28,353 nt of DNA from Candidatus Methylomirabilota bacterium (GTDB lineage: Bacteria; Methylomirabilota; Methylomirabilia; Rokubacteriales; CSP1-6). Every line of letters begins with the position of its first letter. Positions within the stretch are counted from its first letter, which is position 1. Both the position numbers and the translations under genes were made by a program. Under the pieces are notes generated by a model. That model made no database searches. It was given only the letters and a program-made list of their open reading frames with translations, and had not been told where the DNA came from. Below, piece by piece: positions 8,644 through 16,620 of this stretch. Location of the stretch: assembly GCA_046726415.1 (NCBI GenBank), contig JBKPAK010000043.1, positions 1 through 28,353 of the forward strand. The letters are read 5' to 3'.

Positions 8644-8701
8644 CAGTTCGTGCGCACGATCGGCGCCCTCTGGGCAGAGGACCCCACCCACGACGCGCCC
8701 T

Positions 8702-8734
8702 TTTGACGGACGGCTGAGGCAGAACTATTCACGG
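8702..8734 (-). promoter_or_regulatory. Putative ECF-sigma promoter facing gspE
   Basis: Minus strand ccgTGAATA-N17-CGTCAAA. GTCAAA is the RpoE-type -10 element, and the motif is mirrored at 8799-8830. Confidence 0.6.
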
Positions 8735-8747
8735 AGCCATGCGCCGA

Positions 8748-8790
8748 GCGCACCTCGGGTCGCGCGGGGTGTCCCCGCCGCGGCGCCCGC
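8748..8790 (-). repeat. Degenerate copy of the intergenic REP-like hairpin repeat
   Basis: Minus strand gcgggg-aca-ccccgc...cccgaggtgcgc resembles the consensus gcggggc-tggg-gccccgc-cgcccgaggcgcgc. Confidence 0.45.
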
Positions 8791-8798
8791 GTGGGCGG

Positions 8799-8830
8799 CC
8801 GTGAATCGGTCCTCCTTCCCCGCCGTCTAA
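8799..8830 (+). promoter_or_regulatory. Putative ECF-sigma autoregulatory promoter
   Basis: ccgTGAATC-N16-CGTCTAA, 36 nt upstream of the ECF gene start. TCTAA is an RpoE/AlgU-type -10. Confidence 0.65.
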
Positions 8831-8854
8831 GTTCTCGTAACGACGGGGTGAGCG

Positions 8855-8866
8855 GATAATCGCCCC
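8855..8866 (+). promoter_or_regulatory. Putative -10 element for a leaderless transcript of the sigma gene
   Basis: GATAAT-cgcccc-GTG: 6-nt spacing to the start codon and no SD at the usual distance. Confidence 0.4.
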
Positions 8867-9928
8867 GTGAACTCTGACGATCGGTTGCTGGTGGAACGGT
8901 GCCAGGCCGGCGATCTCGCCGCCTTCGAGCCCTTGGTCGAGAAGTACCGGCAGCGGGTGTGGCGACTCGCTTACAACGTTCTGCGGGATCCAGAGGAGGC
9001 GCGGGACGTTGCCCAAGACGCGTTTATCCGCGCGTACCAGGCGCTGGCGTCGTTCCGAGGGCAGTCGGCGTTTTACACTTGGTTGTTCAGGATCGTCATG
9101 AATCTGGCCGCCGACCGGGCGCGTCAGCGGGCGGCGCGGGGCCGGGCCTTCGGGACAGAACGAGTTCCGGAGGAGGACTGGGAACGGCTCATGACCGATC
9201 AAGGCGCATCGCCGGACAGCTCGGCGGCGCAGACGGAGGACCGCGAGCGCATCGCGAAGGCGCTCGGCACTTTGTCGGAAGATCATCGGGCGATTATTAT
9301 GCTAAGTGATGTCGAAGGCTTGTCGTATCGGGAGATCGCCGAAGTGCTGGACATCCCGATAGGTACCGTGATGTCGCGCCTGCACAACGCGCGGCGGCGC
9401 CTGCGAACGGCGCTCGGGCCGCTGTTGGCGGCGGTGTTCGCCCTGCTCCTCAGCTGGATGCCAGGACTCGTGCACGCACAGCCCCCCCCTCCTGTCCAGT
9501 CGCCCGGGACCCCTGCCTCAGCGGTGGTCTACTTTGGGGCGCGTGTCTATTTGGCCAGTGACAGCCCCCCTCCGTCCAACGTTCAGCCTTTTCCCACGAA
9601 CGAGCGGGTGGACCGCTACGTGTTGAAATTGCGCCAGCTTTTCCGCTATCAGCAGTACCATCCGCTCCAGCACGTCCGTGCCCAGGTCCCGGTGGGGACG
9701 ACGTACCGAGAGAGTTTGGCGGGCGATCGCCAGCTCGAGCTGACTCCCGAGGGCATGGGTGACAAGGCGATCCGCCTCCGGGTCCGGCTCGTGCGAGGGA
9801 GCCTCACCGAGGTGACGACGAACTTCGAAGCAACGCCCGGCACCCCGGCCGTGATTGGTGGAGTCCGTCACGGCGACGGCGTACTCATTATTCTTCTCTG
9901 GGCCAATCCTACCGATCCTACCCGCTGA
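8867..9928 (+). CDS. ECF (RpoE-like) sigma factor fused to a signal-peptide-like TM and an extracytoplasmic C-terminal domain
   Basis: Sigma2 (DVAQDAFIRAY...SFRGQSAFYTWLFRI..N) and sigma4 (GLSYREIAEVLDIPIGTVMSRLHNARRRLR) fill aa 1-183. They are followed by LGPLLAAVFALLLSWMPGLVHA|QPPPP and a ~150-aa beta-rich domain in one open frame. Confidence 0.9.
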   Translation: MNSDDRLLVERCQAGDLAAFEPLVEKYRQRVWRLAYNVLRDPEEARDVAQDAFIRAYQALASFRGQSAFYTWLFRIVMNLAADRARQRAARGRAFGTERVPEEDWERLMTDQGASPDSSAAQTEDRERIAKALGTLSEDHRAIIMLSDVEGLSYREIAEVLDIPIGTVMSRLHNARRRLRTALGPLLAAVFALLLSWMPGLVHAQPPPPVQSPGTPASAVVYFGARVYLASDSPPPSNVQPFPTNERVDRYVLKLRQLFRYQQYHPLQHVRAQVPVGTTYRESLAGDRQLELTPEGMGDKAIRLRVRLVRGSLTEVTTNFEATPGTPAVIGGVRHGDGVLIILLWANPTDPTR

Positions 9929-9954
9929 GTACTGCGCCGACAGCGTCCCGGCCC

Positions 9955-9990
9955 CGGCGCGGGGCTGGGGCCCCGCCATCCGAGGCGAGC
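9955..9990 (+). repeat. REP-like hairpin repeat copy
   Basis: cggcgcggggctggggccccgccatccgaggcgagc; same core as the copies at 20143 and 22202. Confidence 0.85.
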
Positions 9991-10008
9991 CTACGGAGGA
10001 CTGCGAAC

Positions 10009-11538
10009 GTGAGTGAGGGCGAGGAGCGCTACGCGCGAGAGCGAAGCCGCATCGAGCGGGGTCACGCCAAGTACCGAGACAAGCTCACGGCCGAGGGGAA
10101 GCTGTTCGTCCGCGAGCGTCTCGCACTGCTACTCGACCCCGACACCGAGTTCCAAGAGGATTGGCTCTTCGCCAGATCCGAGGAGACGGAGATGCCGGCC
10201 GATGGCGTGGTGACCGGCGTCGGGACGGTCGGAAGTCGACCAGTCTGCATCATGGCCAACGACTACACGGTGAAGGCCGGATCCTGGGGCGAGAAGACCG
10301 TGCAGAAGATCGTGCGCATCCAGGAGAAGGCGGCACGGTTACAGATTCCGTTGGTGTACCTGGTCGACGCCGCCGGTGGGCGCATCTCCGAGCAGATCAG
10401 GATCTTCCCCGGACGCTTCCACGCCGGGCGGATCTTCTACAACGAAGTCCAGCTCTCGGGCGTCGTGCCGCAGGTCTGTATCCTCTTCGGGCCATCCCCG
10501 GCGGGATCGGCCTACCTCCCGGCCCTGACCGACCTCGTGATCATGGTCGATGGCAAGGCCTCCCTCTACGTGGGCAGTCCCCGCATGGTGGAAATGGCGG
10601 TGGGGGAGAAGACCACCCTCGAGGAACTGGGCGGGGCCCGCATGCACTGCACAGTCTCTGGATGCGGTGATGTGCTGGCCACCTCCGACGAGGACGCCAT
10701 TCAGTTGGCTAAGCGATACCTCGCGTACATGCCGTCGTCCTACCGCGGGCGACCAACGAAGCGGGAACCGGCGGACCCGGAGCCCGGCCGCCCCATCGAG
10801 GACATCGTTCCCTACGACCAGCGCAAGTACTTCGACATGTACGAGGTGATCGACCGCATCATCGATGCGGGCTCATGGTTCGAGATCAAGCGACTCTTCG
10901 CCCGCGAGGTGATTGTCGGCCTGGCCAGCATCGGCGGGCACGTGATCGGCATCGTGGCGAATCAGCCAAAGGTGAAAGGCGGCGTTCTCTTCGTCGACTC
11001 CTCCGACAAGGCCGCTAAGTTCATCTGGCTGTGCAACGCCTACAACATCCCGCTCGTGTATCTCGCCGACGTCGCCGGCTTCATGGTGGGCTCGAAAGTC
11101 GAGCGCGAGGGGATCATCCGCCACGGGGCGAAGATGATCTTCGCGACCTCACAGGCCACGGTGCCCAAGATCTCGGTCATCGTGCGCAAGTGCTACGGCG
11201 CGGGACTCTACGCCATGTGTGGACAGGCCTTCGAACCCGATGCCGTGGTGGCTCTGCCACAGGGCCAAATCGCCATCATGGGGCCGGAGCCTGCGGTGAA
11301 CGCGGTCTACTACAACAAGATCATGGAGCTCCCGGACAGCGAGCGGGCGGCCTACGTCCGGCAGAAGCGGGAGGAGTACGCCCGCGATGTCGATACCTTC
11401 AAGCTGGCGTCGGAGATGCTCATCGACGGTATCGTGCCGGGCTCGATGCTCCGTCGGGAACTGATCACGCGCTTGCACTACGCCGAGTCGAAGCTCCACG
11501 AGTTTCCTGCCCGCCGCAACGGTATCTACCCCGTGTAG
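10009..11538 (+). CDS. Acyl-CoA carboxylase carboxyltransferase (beta) subunit, YngE/MccB/PccB family
   Basis: ERL..LLD, PADGVVTG.G, ANDYTVKAGSWG, LGGARMH..VSG, GIVANQP...GG, GFMVG...E..GIIRHGAK and RKCYGAG motifs. GGAGG RBS upstream. Confidence 0.93.
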   Translation: MSEGEERYARERSRIERGHAKYRDKLTAEGKLFVRERLALLLDPDTEFQEDWLFARSEETEMPADGVVTGVGTVGSRPVCIMANDYTVKAGSWGEKTVQKIVRIQEKAARLQIPLVYLVDAAGGRISEQIRIFPGRFHAGRIFYNEVQLSGVVPQVCILFGPSPAGSAYLPALTDLVIMVDGKASLYVGSPRMVEMAVGEKTTLEELGGARMHCTVSGCGDVLATSDEDAIQLAKRYLAYMPSSYRGRPTKREPADPEPGRPIEDIVPYDQRKYFDMYEVIDRIIDAGSWFEIKRLFAREVIVGLASIGGHVIGIVANQPKVKGGVLFVDSSDKAAKFIWLCNAYNIPLVYLADVAGFMVGSKVEREGIIRHGAKMIFATSQATVPKISVIVRKCYGAGLYAMCGQAFEPDAVVALPQGQIAIMGPEPAVNAVYYNKIMELPDSERAAYVRQKREEYARDVDTFKLASEMLIDGIVPGSMLRRELITRLHYAESKLHEFPARRNGIYPV

Positions 11539-11560
11539 CGGGCTGAGTAACGCTTGGTGA

Positions 11561-13303
11561 TCAGCCGCCGAAGCGTCGGCGGGTTTTGGCCAAGCTCGTG
11601 ATGATGGCGGCCGGGAGGCGCCCCTGAAACTGCCCGTAGAATTCCTCGAGGTCGGAGAGAGCCGCCAGCCATTCGCCGGCATCGCACCGCAGCGCGGCGT
11701 CCAGACGGGCGGGGGCGACGTCGAGGCCGCCCAAGTCCAGCGCGTTCGCCGACGGGATCCAGCCGATCGGGGTCTCCACGGCGCGGCCAGAGCCGTGAAT
11801 GCGTTCCACCATCCACTTGAGGATTCGCATGTTTTCGCCATAGCCGGGCCACAGGAAACGGCCGTCGGCGTCGCGCCGGAACCAGTTGACGCGAAAGATG
11901 CGCGATGGTTTTGCCAGTCGCGAGCCCATCGCCAGCCAGTGGGCGAAGTAGTCCGCCATGTTGTAGCCACAGAAGGGGAGCATCGCCATGGGATCGCGGC
12001 GAACCACTCCCACCTGGCCGGTGATGGCGGCGGTCGTCTCGGTACTCATGGCCGAACCGAGGAAGATCCCGTGCGACCAGTCAAAGGCTTCGAAGACCAA
12101 AGGGACCACCTGGGTGCGTCGCGAGCCGAAGATGAGCCCGGAGATGGGCACGCCGTGCGGATCCTCCCAGCTGGGCGCCACCGACGGGCACTGCTCGACC
12201 GGCACCGTGAAGCGAGCATTGGGGTGCGCGGCGGGTCCATCGGCCTGCTCCCACGCCATCCCTCGCCAGTCCACCAGGCCGCGCGGCGCTTCCGGGGTGA
12301 GTCCCTCCCACCACGGCTCGCCGCTCGGGGTGAGGGCGACGTTCGTGAAGATGGTGTTGGAGCGCACCATGGCGATCGCGTTGGGATTGGTCTTGGGGCT
12401 CGTGTTGGGGGCCACACCAAAGAAGCCGCGCTCGGGGTTCACCGCGCGAAGCTGGCCGCTCGCGTCGACCCACATCCACGCGATGTCGTCCCCGACGGTC
12501 CAGACGCGCCAGCCGGGCAACCGTGAGACGACCATCGCCAAATTGGTCTTCCCCGATGCACTCGGCATGGCCGCCGCCAAGTAGGTAACCCGGCCCTCGG
12601 GATCCTCTACGCCGATGATGAGCATGTGTTCGGCGAGCCATCCCTCTTGCCGCGCCTGCCAGGAGGCGATGCGGAGGGCATGGCATTTCTTCCCGAGGAG
12701 CGCGTTGCCCCCATAGCCGGAGCCCACGCTCCAGATGAGCTTCTCTTCCGGAAAGTGCAGGATGAGTCGGCGGTCGGGCGAGAGATCGCCCAGCGAATGC
12801 AACCCGCCCACGAAGTCGTCATCGCTTCGCATGTGCTCGACCGCGACCGGGCCGACGCGCGTCATGATGTCCATGCTGGCGGCGGCGTACGCGCTATCGG
12901 TGAGCATGATTCCGGTACGGCTGAGGGTCGAGCCGGGGGGGCCCATGAGATACGGGATGACGTACATGGTCCGGTCCCGCATGGCGCCCCGCAGGATGTC
13001 CGTCGCCTTCGCCTTGGCCTCGGTCGGCGCCATCCAGTTGTTGGTCGGGCCGGCATCGTCGCGCTCGCGGGTGCAGATGAACGTCAGCTGCTCGGTCCGG
13101 GCGACATCGTTGGGGTGGCTCCGGTGCAGGTAGCAATTGGGGTACGTGTGCTGATTCAACGGCAACAGCGTGCCGTCCCCGAGCATCCGCTCGACGAACG
13201 CGTCGTACTCCGACTTCGAGCCGTCGCACCAGACCACGCGCGAGGGCCTGGTCAGCGCAGCTGCCTTCTCCACCCACTTCTCGATGGTGCTGAAAGTCTT
13301 CAT
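11561..13303 (-). CDS. pckG: Phosphoenolpyruvate carboxykinase (GTP)
   Basis: WCDGS, DVAR.E..TFIC, DAGPTNNW, GSGYGGNALLGKKC.ALR, WLAEHM, PSASGKTNLAM, VGDDIAW, NPE.GFFGVAP, RRDPMAMLPFCGYNM and VNWFR. Confidence 0.97.
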   Translation of the reverse strand: MKTFSTIEKWVEKAAALTRPSRVVWCDGSKSEYDAFVERMLGDGTLLPLNQHTYPNCYLHRSHPNDVARTEQLTFICTRERDDAGPTNNWMAPTEAKAKATDILRGAMRDRTMYVIPYLMGPPGSTLSRTGIMLTDSAYAAASMDIMTRVGPVAVEHMRSDDDFVGGLHSLGDLSPDRRLILHFPEEKLIWSVGSGYGGNALLGKKCHALRIASWQARQEGWLAEHMLIIGVEDPEGRVTYLAAAMPSASGKTNLAMVVSRLPGWRVWTVGDDIAWMWVDASGQLRAVNPERGFFGVAPNTSPKTNPNAIAMVRSNTIFTNVALTPSGEPWWEGLTPEAPRGLVDWRGMAWEQADGPAAHPNARFTVPVEQCPSVAPSWEDPHGVPISGLIFGSRRTQVVPLVFEAFDWSHGIFLGSAMSTETTAAITGQVGVVRRDPMAMLPFCGYNMADYFAHWLAMGSRLAKPSRIFRVNWFRRDADGRFLWPGYGENMRILKWMVERIHGSGRAVETPIGWIPSANALDLGGLDVAPARLDAALRCDAGEWLAALSDLEEFYGQFQGRLPAAIITSLAKTRRRFGG

Positions 13304-13430
13304 ACACGCATCCTCGTGGTGTCGGGGTAGGTTTGTGCCGGGCCAGGGGGTATCACAACCGTACGCATGGCGTCAAGGGTCGTCAAGCAATTCCTGCGCC
13401 GCCCAGACGAGGGTGGAGGCGATTCACGCA

Positions 13431-13445
13431 TGCTAGCATCGCCCC
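13431..13445 (+). promoter_or_regulatory. Putative extended -10 promoter, leaderless cobS transcript
   Basis: TG-c-TAGCAT-cgcccc-GTG: 6 nt to the start codon. Confidence 0.5.
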
Positions 13446-14204
13446 GTGACCGGTCTGGTGCGCGCCGTGCGGTACCTCACCATTGTTCCCGTGCCTGCCC
13501 GAGCGCCCGGCCCCAATCTCCCCGACTCCCTTGTCGATCTCGGCCGGGCCGCGCCATGGTTTCCGGTCGTCGGGCTCGCCCTCGGACTCGGTCTGGCCGC
13601 GGTGGAGCGAATGGCGGCCCGCCTCTTTCCGCCTCTGCTGGTGGCCCTCCTCACGATCGCGGCGTGGAAACTCATGACTGGTGGGCTTCACCTCGACGGC
13701 CTCGCCGATTGCCTCGATGGGCTGGCCGGTCGCGACACCGAGCAGCGGCTGGCCATAATGCGCGACAGCCGGATAGGGACCTTCGCGGCCATCGGCCTGG
13801 TCCTGGTGCTCCTCGTCGACGTGGCCGCGCTCGCGGAGATCACCGACCACTGGCGCTGGCGAGCCCTCGTCATTGCGCCAACCGTCGGTCGAGCCACGCC
13901 GTTGTTGCTCGCGCAGCTGTTCCCGGCCGCGCGAAGGGACGGCCACGGCGCGTGCTTCCAGGCCGGCATGGGGCGAGGCTCAGCGTCTTTGGCCCTCGCC
14001 TTGGCGCTGTGCGTGGCCTTCGGGGCCCTCGGGTGGTCCGGTCTCATCGCGGCGGCGATGGGAATCCTGGCCGCCCTCCTCATCGGCTGGCAGTTCGCGA
14101 GACGGCTGGAGGGTATCACCGGCGACGTGCTGGGGGCGGCCGTCGAAATCACCGAACTGGCTGTCCTGCTGACCATCGCGGCGTGGACGCACGGCCGACC
14201 CTGA
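13446..14204 (+). CDS. cobS: Adenosylcobinamide-GDP ribazoletransferase (cobalamin synthase)
   Basis: YLTIVP, WFPVVG, TGGLHLDGLADCLDG, IMRDSRIG and GITGDVLGA motifs; multi-TM. Confidence 0.96.
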   Translation: MTGLVRAVRYLTIVPVPARAPGPNLPDSLVDLGRAAPWFPVVGLALGLGLAAVERMAARLFPPLLVALLTIAAWKLMTGGLHLDGLADCLDGLAGRDTEQRLAIMRDSRIGTFAAIGLVLVLLVDVAALAEITDHWRWRALVIAPTVGRATPLLLAQLFPAARRDGHGACFQAGMGRGSASLALALALCVAFGALGWSGLIAAAMGILAALLIGWQFARRLEGITGDVLGAAVEITELAVLLTIAAWTHGRP

Positions 14205-14794
14205 TCTATCTCTTGCGCCATGGCGAAGTGCTGCACGCCGGGACGCGCCGTTTCATCGGCCACCTGGAGGTCCCGCTGTCGCTGCGCGGCGAACGCCAGT
14301 GTGCCGCCCAGTCCGAGGCGTTGCGCGCCGTCGAGCTGTCGGCCATCTATTCCAGCGACCTCTGCCGCGCTCGGCGGAGCGCCGAGATCATCGGAGCCCC
14401 GCATGGGCTTGCGCCCATTGCCCTCCCCGCTCTCCGCGAGATGGCCATGGGGCGCTGGGAGGGACTCACCGCGCAGGAGATCGAGCGCCGCGAGCCCGCG
14501 GCATTCGCTGATTGGATGGCCCGCGTGGGCGAGTTTCCATTTCCCGAAGGGGAGAGCGTTCCCGACCTCCTCGGGCGCGTCTGGCCCGCGTTCGAGTCGA
14601 TCGTCGGCGAGTGGGCTGGACGTGTCGTGGCGATCGTCGCGCATGGGGGGACCAATCGCGCGCTCCTCTGTCGCGCGCTCGGCGTGCCCCTGGCCCGGTT
14701 GCTCGGCTTCGGTCAGGACTACGGCGCGCTCTCCCTTCTGGCCGGGCGGAGATCGTGGCAGCTGCGCCGACTCAACGAAAGCCCGGTGCTATAA
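14183..14794 (+). CDS. cobC: Histidine phosphatase, probable alpha-ribazole/adenosylcobalamin phosphatase
   Basis: IYLLRHGE, YSSDL.RA, LREM..G.WEG, PEGES and VAHGG motifs. Overlaps the cobS 3' end; the start GTG at 14183 is inferred. Confidence 0.8.
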   Translation: MDARPTLIYLLRHGEVLHAGTRRFIGHLEVPLSLRGERQCAAQSEALRAVELSAIYSSDLCRARRSAEIIGAPHGLAPIALPALREMAMGRWEGLTAQEIERREPAAFADWMARVGEFPFPEGESVPDLLGRVWPAFESIVGEWAGRVVAIVAHGGTNRALLCRALGVPLARLLGFGQDYGALSLLAGRRSWQLRRLNESPVL

Positions 14795-14795
14795 T
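14787..14795 (+). promoter_or_regulatory. Consensus extended -10 promoter overlapping the cobC stop
   Basis: TG-c-TATAAT, upstream of the ABC transporter operon. Confidence 0.55.
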
Positions 14796-14822
14796 TCGCC
14801 GCATCGTTTCAGATCGACGCGC

Positions 14823-14963
14823 ATGATGCGGGCCTCTGACGAGTTGGACGCGGCCATCGCGCGCGTGGCCGGACCCAACATCGCTGTTTCGTTCAGCCGA
14901 CCTGTGGAGGCCTTCGCCGCACTTGAGGCCGAGAACATCATCGCCGCCGCCCGCCCGGTGCTG
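14823..14963 (+). pseudogene. Relic of a 2-oxoacid dehydrogenase E1-beta (transketolase C-terminal) 3' end
   Basis: DELDAAIARVAGPNIAVSFSRPVEAFAALEAENIIAAAR resembles the E1-beta C-terminal pattern LDAPxxRVxGxDxPxPxxxxLE...IxxAxR. No upstream part is present. Confidence 0.6.
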
Positions 14964-15043
14964 ACCTCGTGGTGCAAGCGGAGGACGAGCGGGGCGGAAA
15001 CACCGTGGAAGTCGAGCGCCTCCCGGCGGAGGCGAGACGGAGC

Positions 15044-16609
15044 ATGGCTAAGACGCGAAGGCGTGGCGTCGTCGGCGTCGTTCTCAGCGCGGTCGTCTCG
15101 ATCCTCATCGCGCTCCTCACCGCTCACGCCCAGGACGGGCCACGCGCGGGAGGTGTCTTCAAGGTTGCCATGATCGGGGAGCCGCCCACGCTCGATCTGC
15201 ACGCCACCACTGCGGTGATCACTCAGCAGATCACCTGGCACATCTACGAGACGCTGTACACCTATGACCAGGCCTACAACCCGATTCCCCTGCTCGCCGA
15301 GGGTCACACCGTGAGCGACAAGGGGCGGACCTACACGTTCAAGCTCCGCCGTGCGGTGAAATTCCACAATGGCAAGGAGATGACCTCGGCCGACGTCGTC
15401 GCCTCGCTCCGGCGTTGGGGCAAGATCGCCGGTCGCGGCAAGGCGATCTGGAAGGACACGGAGGGGATTGAAGCCAAGGATCCCTACACGGTCGTCCTGT
15501 ATCTCAAGGAGCCCATGTCGGCGCTCCTGGTGGGTCTGGCCCATCCCAACAATGCTGCGGCTATCTATCCCAAGGAAGTGGTGGAGGCGTCCGGCGACGG
15601 TCCGCCGAAGGAGTGGATCGGGACCGGCCCCTATCGCTTCGTCGAGCACAAGCCCGACCGCCACATCAAGCTGGCTCGTTTCAAGGACTACCGCGCCCGC
15701 ACCGAGCCGGCGGAGTTTTTCGGGGGCAGGCGCACCGCGTATCTCGACGAGATCCTCTTCATCCCTGTCCCGGAGGTAGCCGTGCGGCTGGCCGGCGTGG
15801 AAACCGGCGAGTACCACCACGGCCAGCAGATCAAGCAGGATCAGTACGACCGCATCAAGTCGATGCCGGCCGTGGTCCCGCGCGTCATCAAACCCTCGGC
15901 GTGGTCGGTGGCCGTCCTCAACCACAAGCAGGGCGTGTTCACCGACAAACGGCTGCGTCAGGCCATGCAAGCGGCCCTCGACATGGAACCGATCATGGTC
16001 GCCGGCTTCGGCCACAAGGACTTCTACCGGATCGATCCCTCCGTGATGTTCGTCGAGCAGGCGTCCTGGTACTCGAAGGCGGCGGCCGAGCTCTACAACC
16101 AAAAGAACCGCGCGAAGGGGCAGAAGCTTTTGAAGGAGGCGGGATACCCCGGGACGCCCGTCCGCTGGATCACCACCAAAGAGTACGAATGGATGTACAA
16201 GAACGCGCTGGTGGCCAAGCAGCAGCTCGAGGCGGTCGGCTTCAAGATCGACTTGCAGGTGGTGGACTGGGCCACCCTCGTCCAGCGCCGTAACAAGCCC
16301 GAGCTCTTCGACGTGTTCTCTACCGGCTTCACCTTCAACCCGGACCCCGCCTTCAACACGGCGGTCGACTGCAATTGGCCGGGCTGGTGGTGTCTCGAGG
16401 ACAAGGAGCGCTGGATGGAATCGATCCGTCGGGAGGCCGATCCGAAGGTCCGGCGGGCCATGTGGGACAAAGTGCAGACACTCTTGTACGAGGACGTGGG
16501 GCGGATCAAATTCGGGGACTACTTTTCGCTGGTCGTCGATCGGAAGAACGTCAGAGGACTGCTGGCCGTGAACGAGCTTCCCCTGTGGAACGTCTGGCTG
16601 GATAAGTAG
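15044..16609 (+). CDS. ABC transporter substrate-binding protein, family 5 (peptide/nickel; DppA/GsiB-like)
   Basis: Signal peptide ending AHA|Q, EPPTLD, YTFKLR..VKFHNG...TSADVVAS and IGTGPY. ATG at 15044 has an upstream GGAG/GGAGG. Confidence 0.93.
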   Translation: MAKTRRRGVVGVVLSAVVSILIALLTAHAQDGPRAGGVFKVAMIGEPPTLDLHATTAVITQQITWHIYETLYTYDQAYNPIPLLAEGHTVSDKGRTYTFKLRRAVKFHNGKEMTSADVVASLRRWGKIAGRGKAIWKDTEGIEAKDPYTVVLYLKEPMSALLVGLAHPNNAAAIYPKEVVEASGDGPPKEWIGTGPYRFVEHKPDRHIKLARFKDYRARTEPAEFFGGRRTAYLDEILFIPVPEVAVRLAGVETGEYHHGQQIKQDQYDRIKSMPAVVPRVIKPSAWSVAVLNHKQGVFTDKRLRQAMQAALDMEPIMVAGFGHKDFYRIDPSVMFVEQASWYSKAAAELYNQKNRAKGQKLLKEAGYPGTPVRWITTKEYEWMYKNALVAKQQLEAVGFKIDLQVVDWATLVQRRNKPELFDVFSTGFTFNPDPAFNTAVDCNWPGWWCLEDKERWMESIRREADPKVRRAMWDKVQTLLYEDVGRIKFGDYFSLVVDRKNVRGLLAVNELPLWNVWLDK

Positions 16610-16620
16610 GCGTCTCGCTC

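Noticed and set aside
8619-8753. 46-aa N-terminal extension of GspE in the ORF track
   Set aside because: It overlaps the promoter motifs; ATG 8618 has an RBS and begins right at the MshEN-like domain.
9371-9478. Independent secreted protein starting at internal Met169 of the sigma gene
   Set aside because: The Met lies within the conserved sigma4 helix-turn-helix (GTVMSRL) and has only a weak SD; it cannot be supported without Ribo-seq, though it is not excluded.
13406-13428. CGTGAATC...CGTC on the minus strand upstream of pckG as a third ECF promoter
   Set aside because: The spacer is only 11 nt versus 16-17 nt in the two gsp/sigma motifs.
13304-13445. Cobalamin riboswitch upstream of cobS
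   Set aside because: The gap is short, shared with the divergent pckG, and shows no recognisable B12-box; a -10 element sits directly before the start codon.
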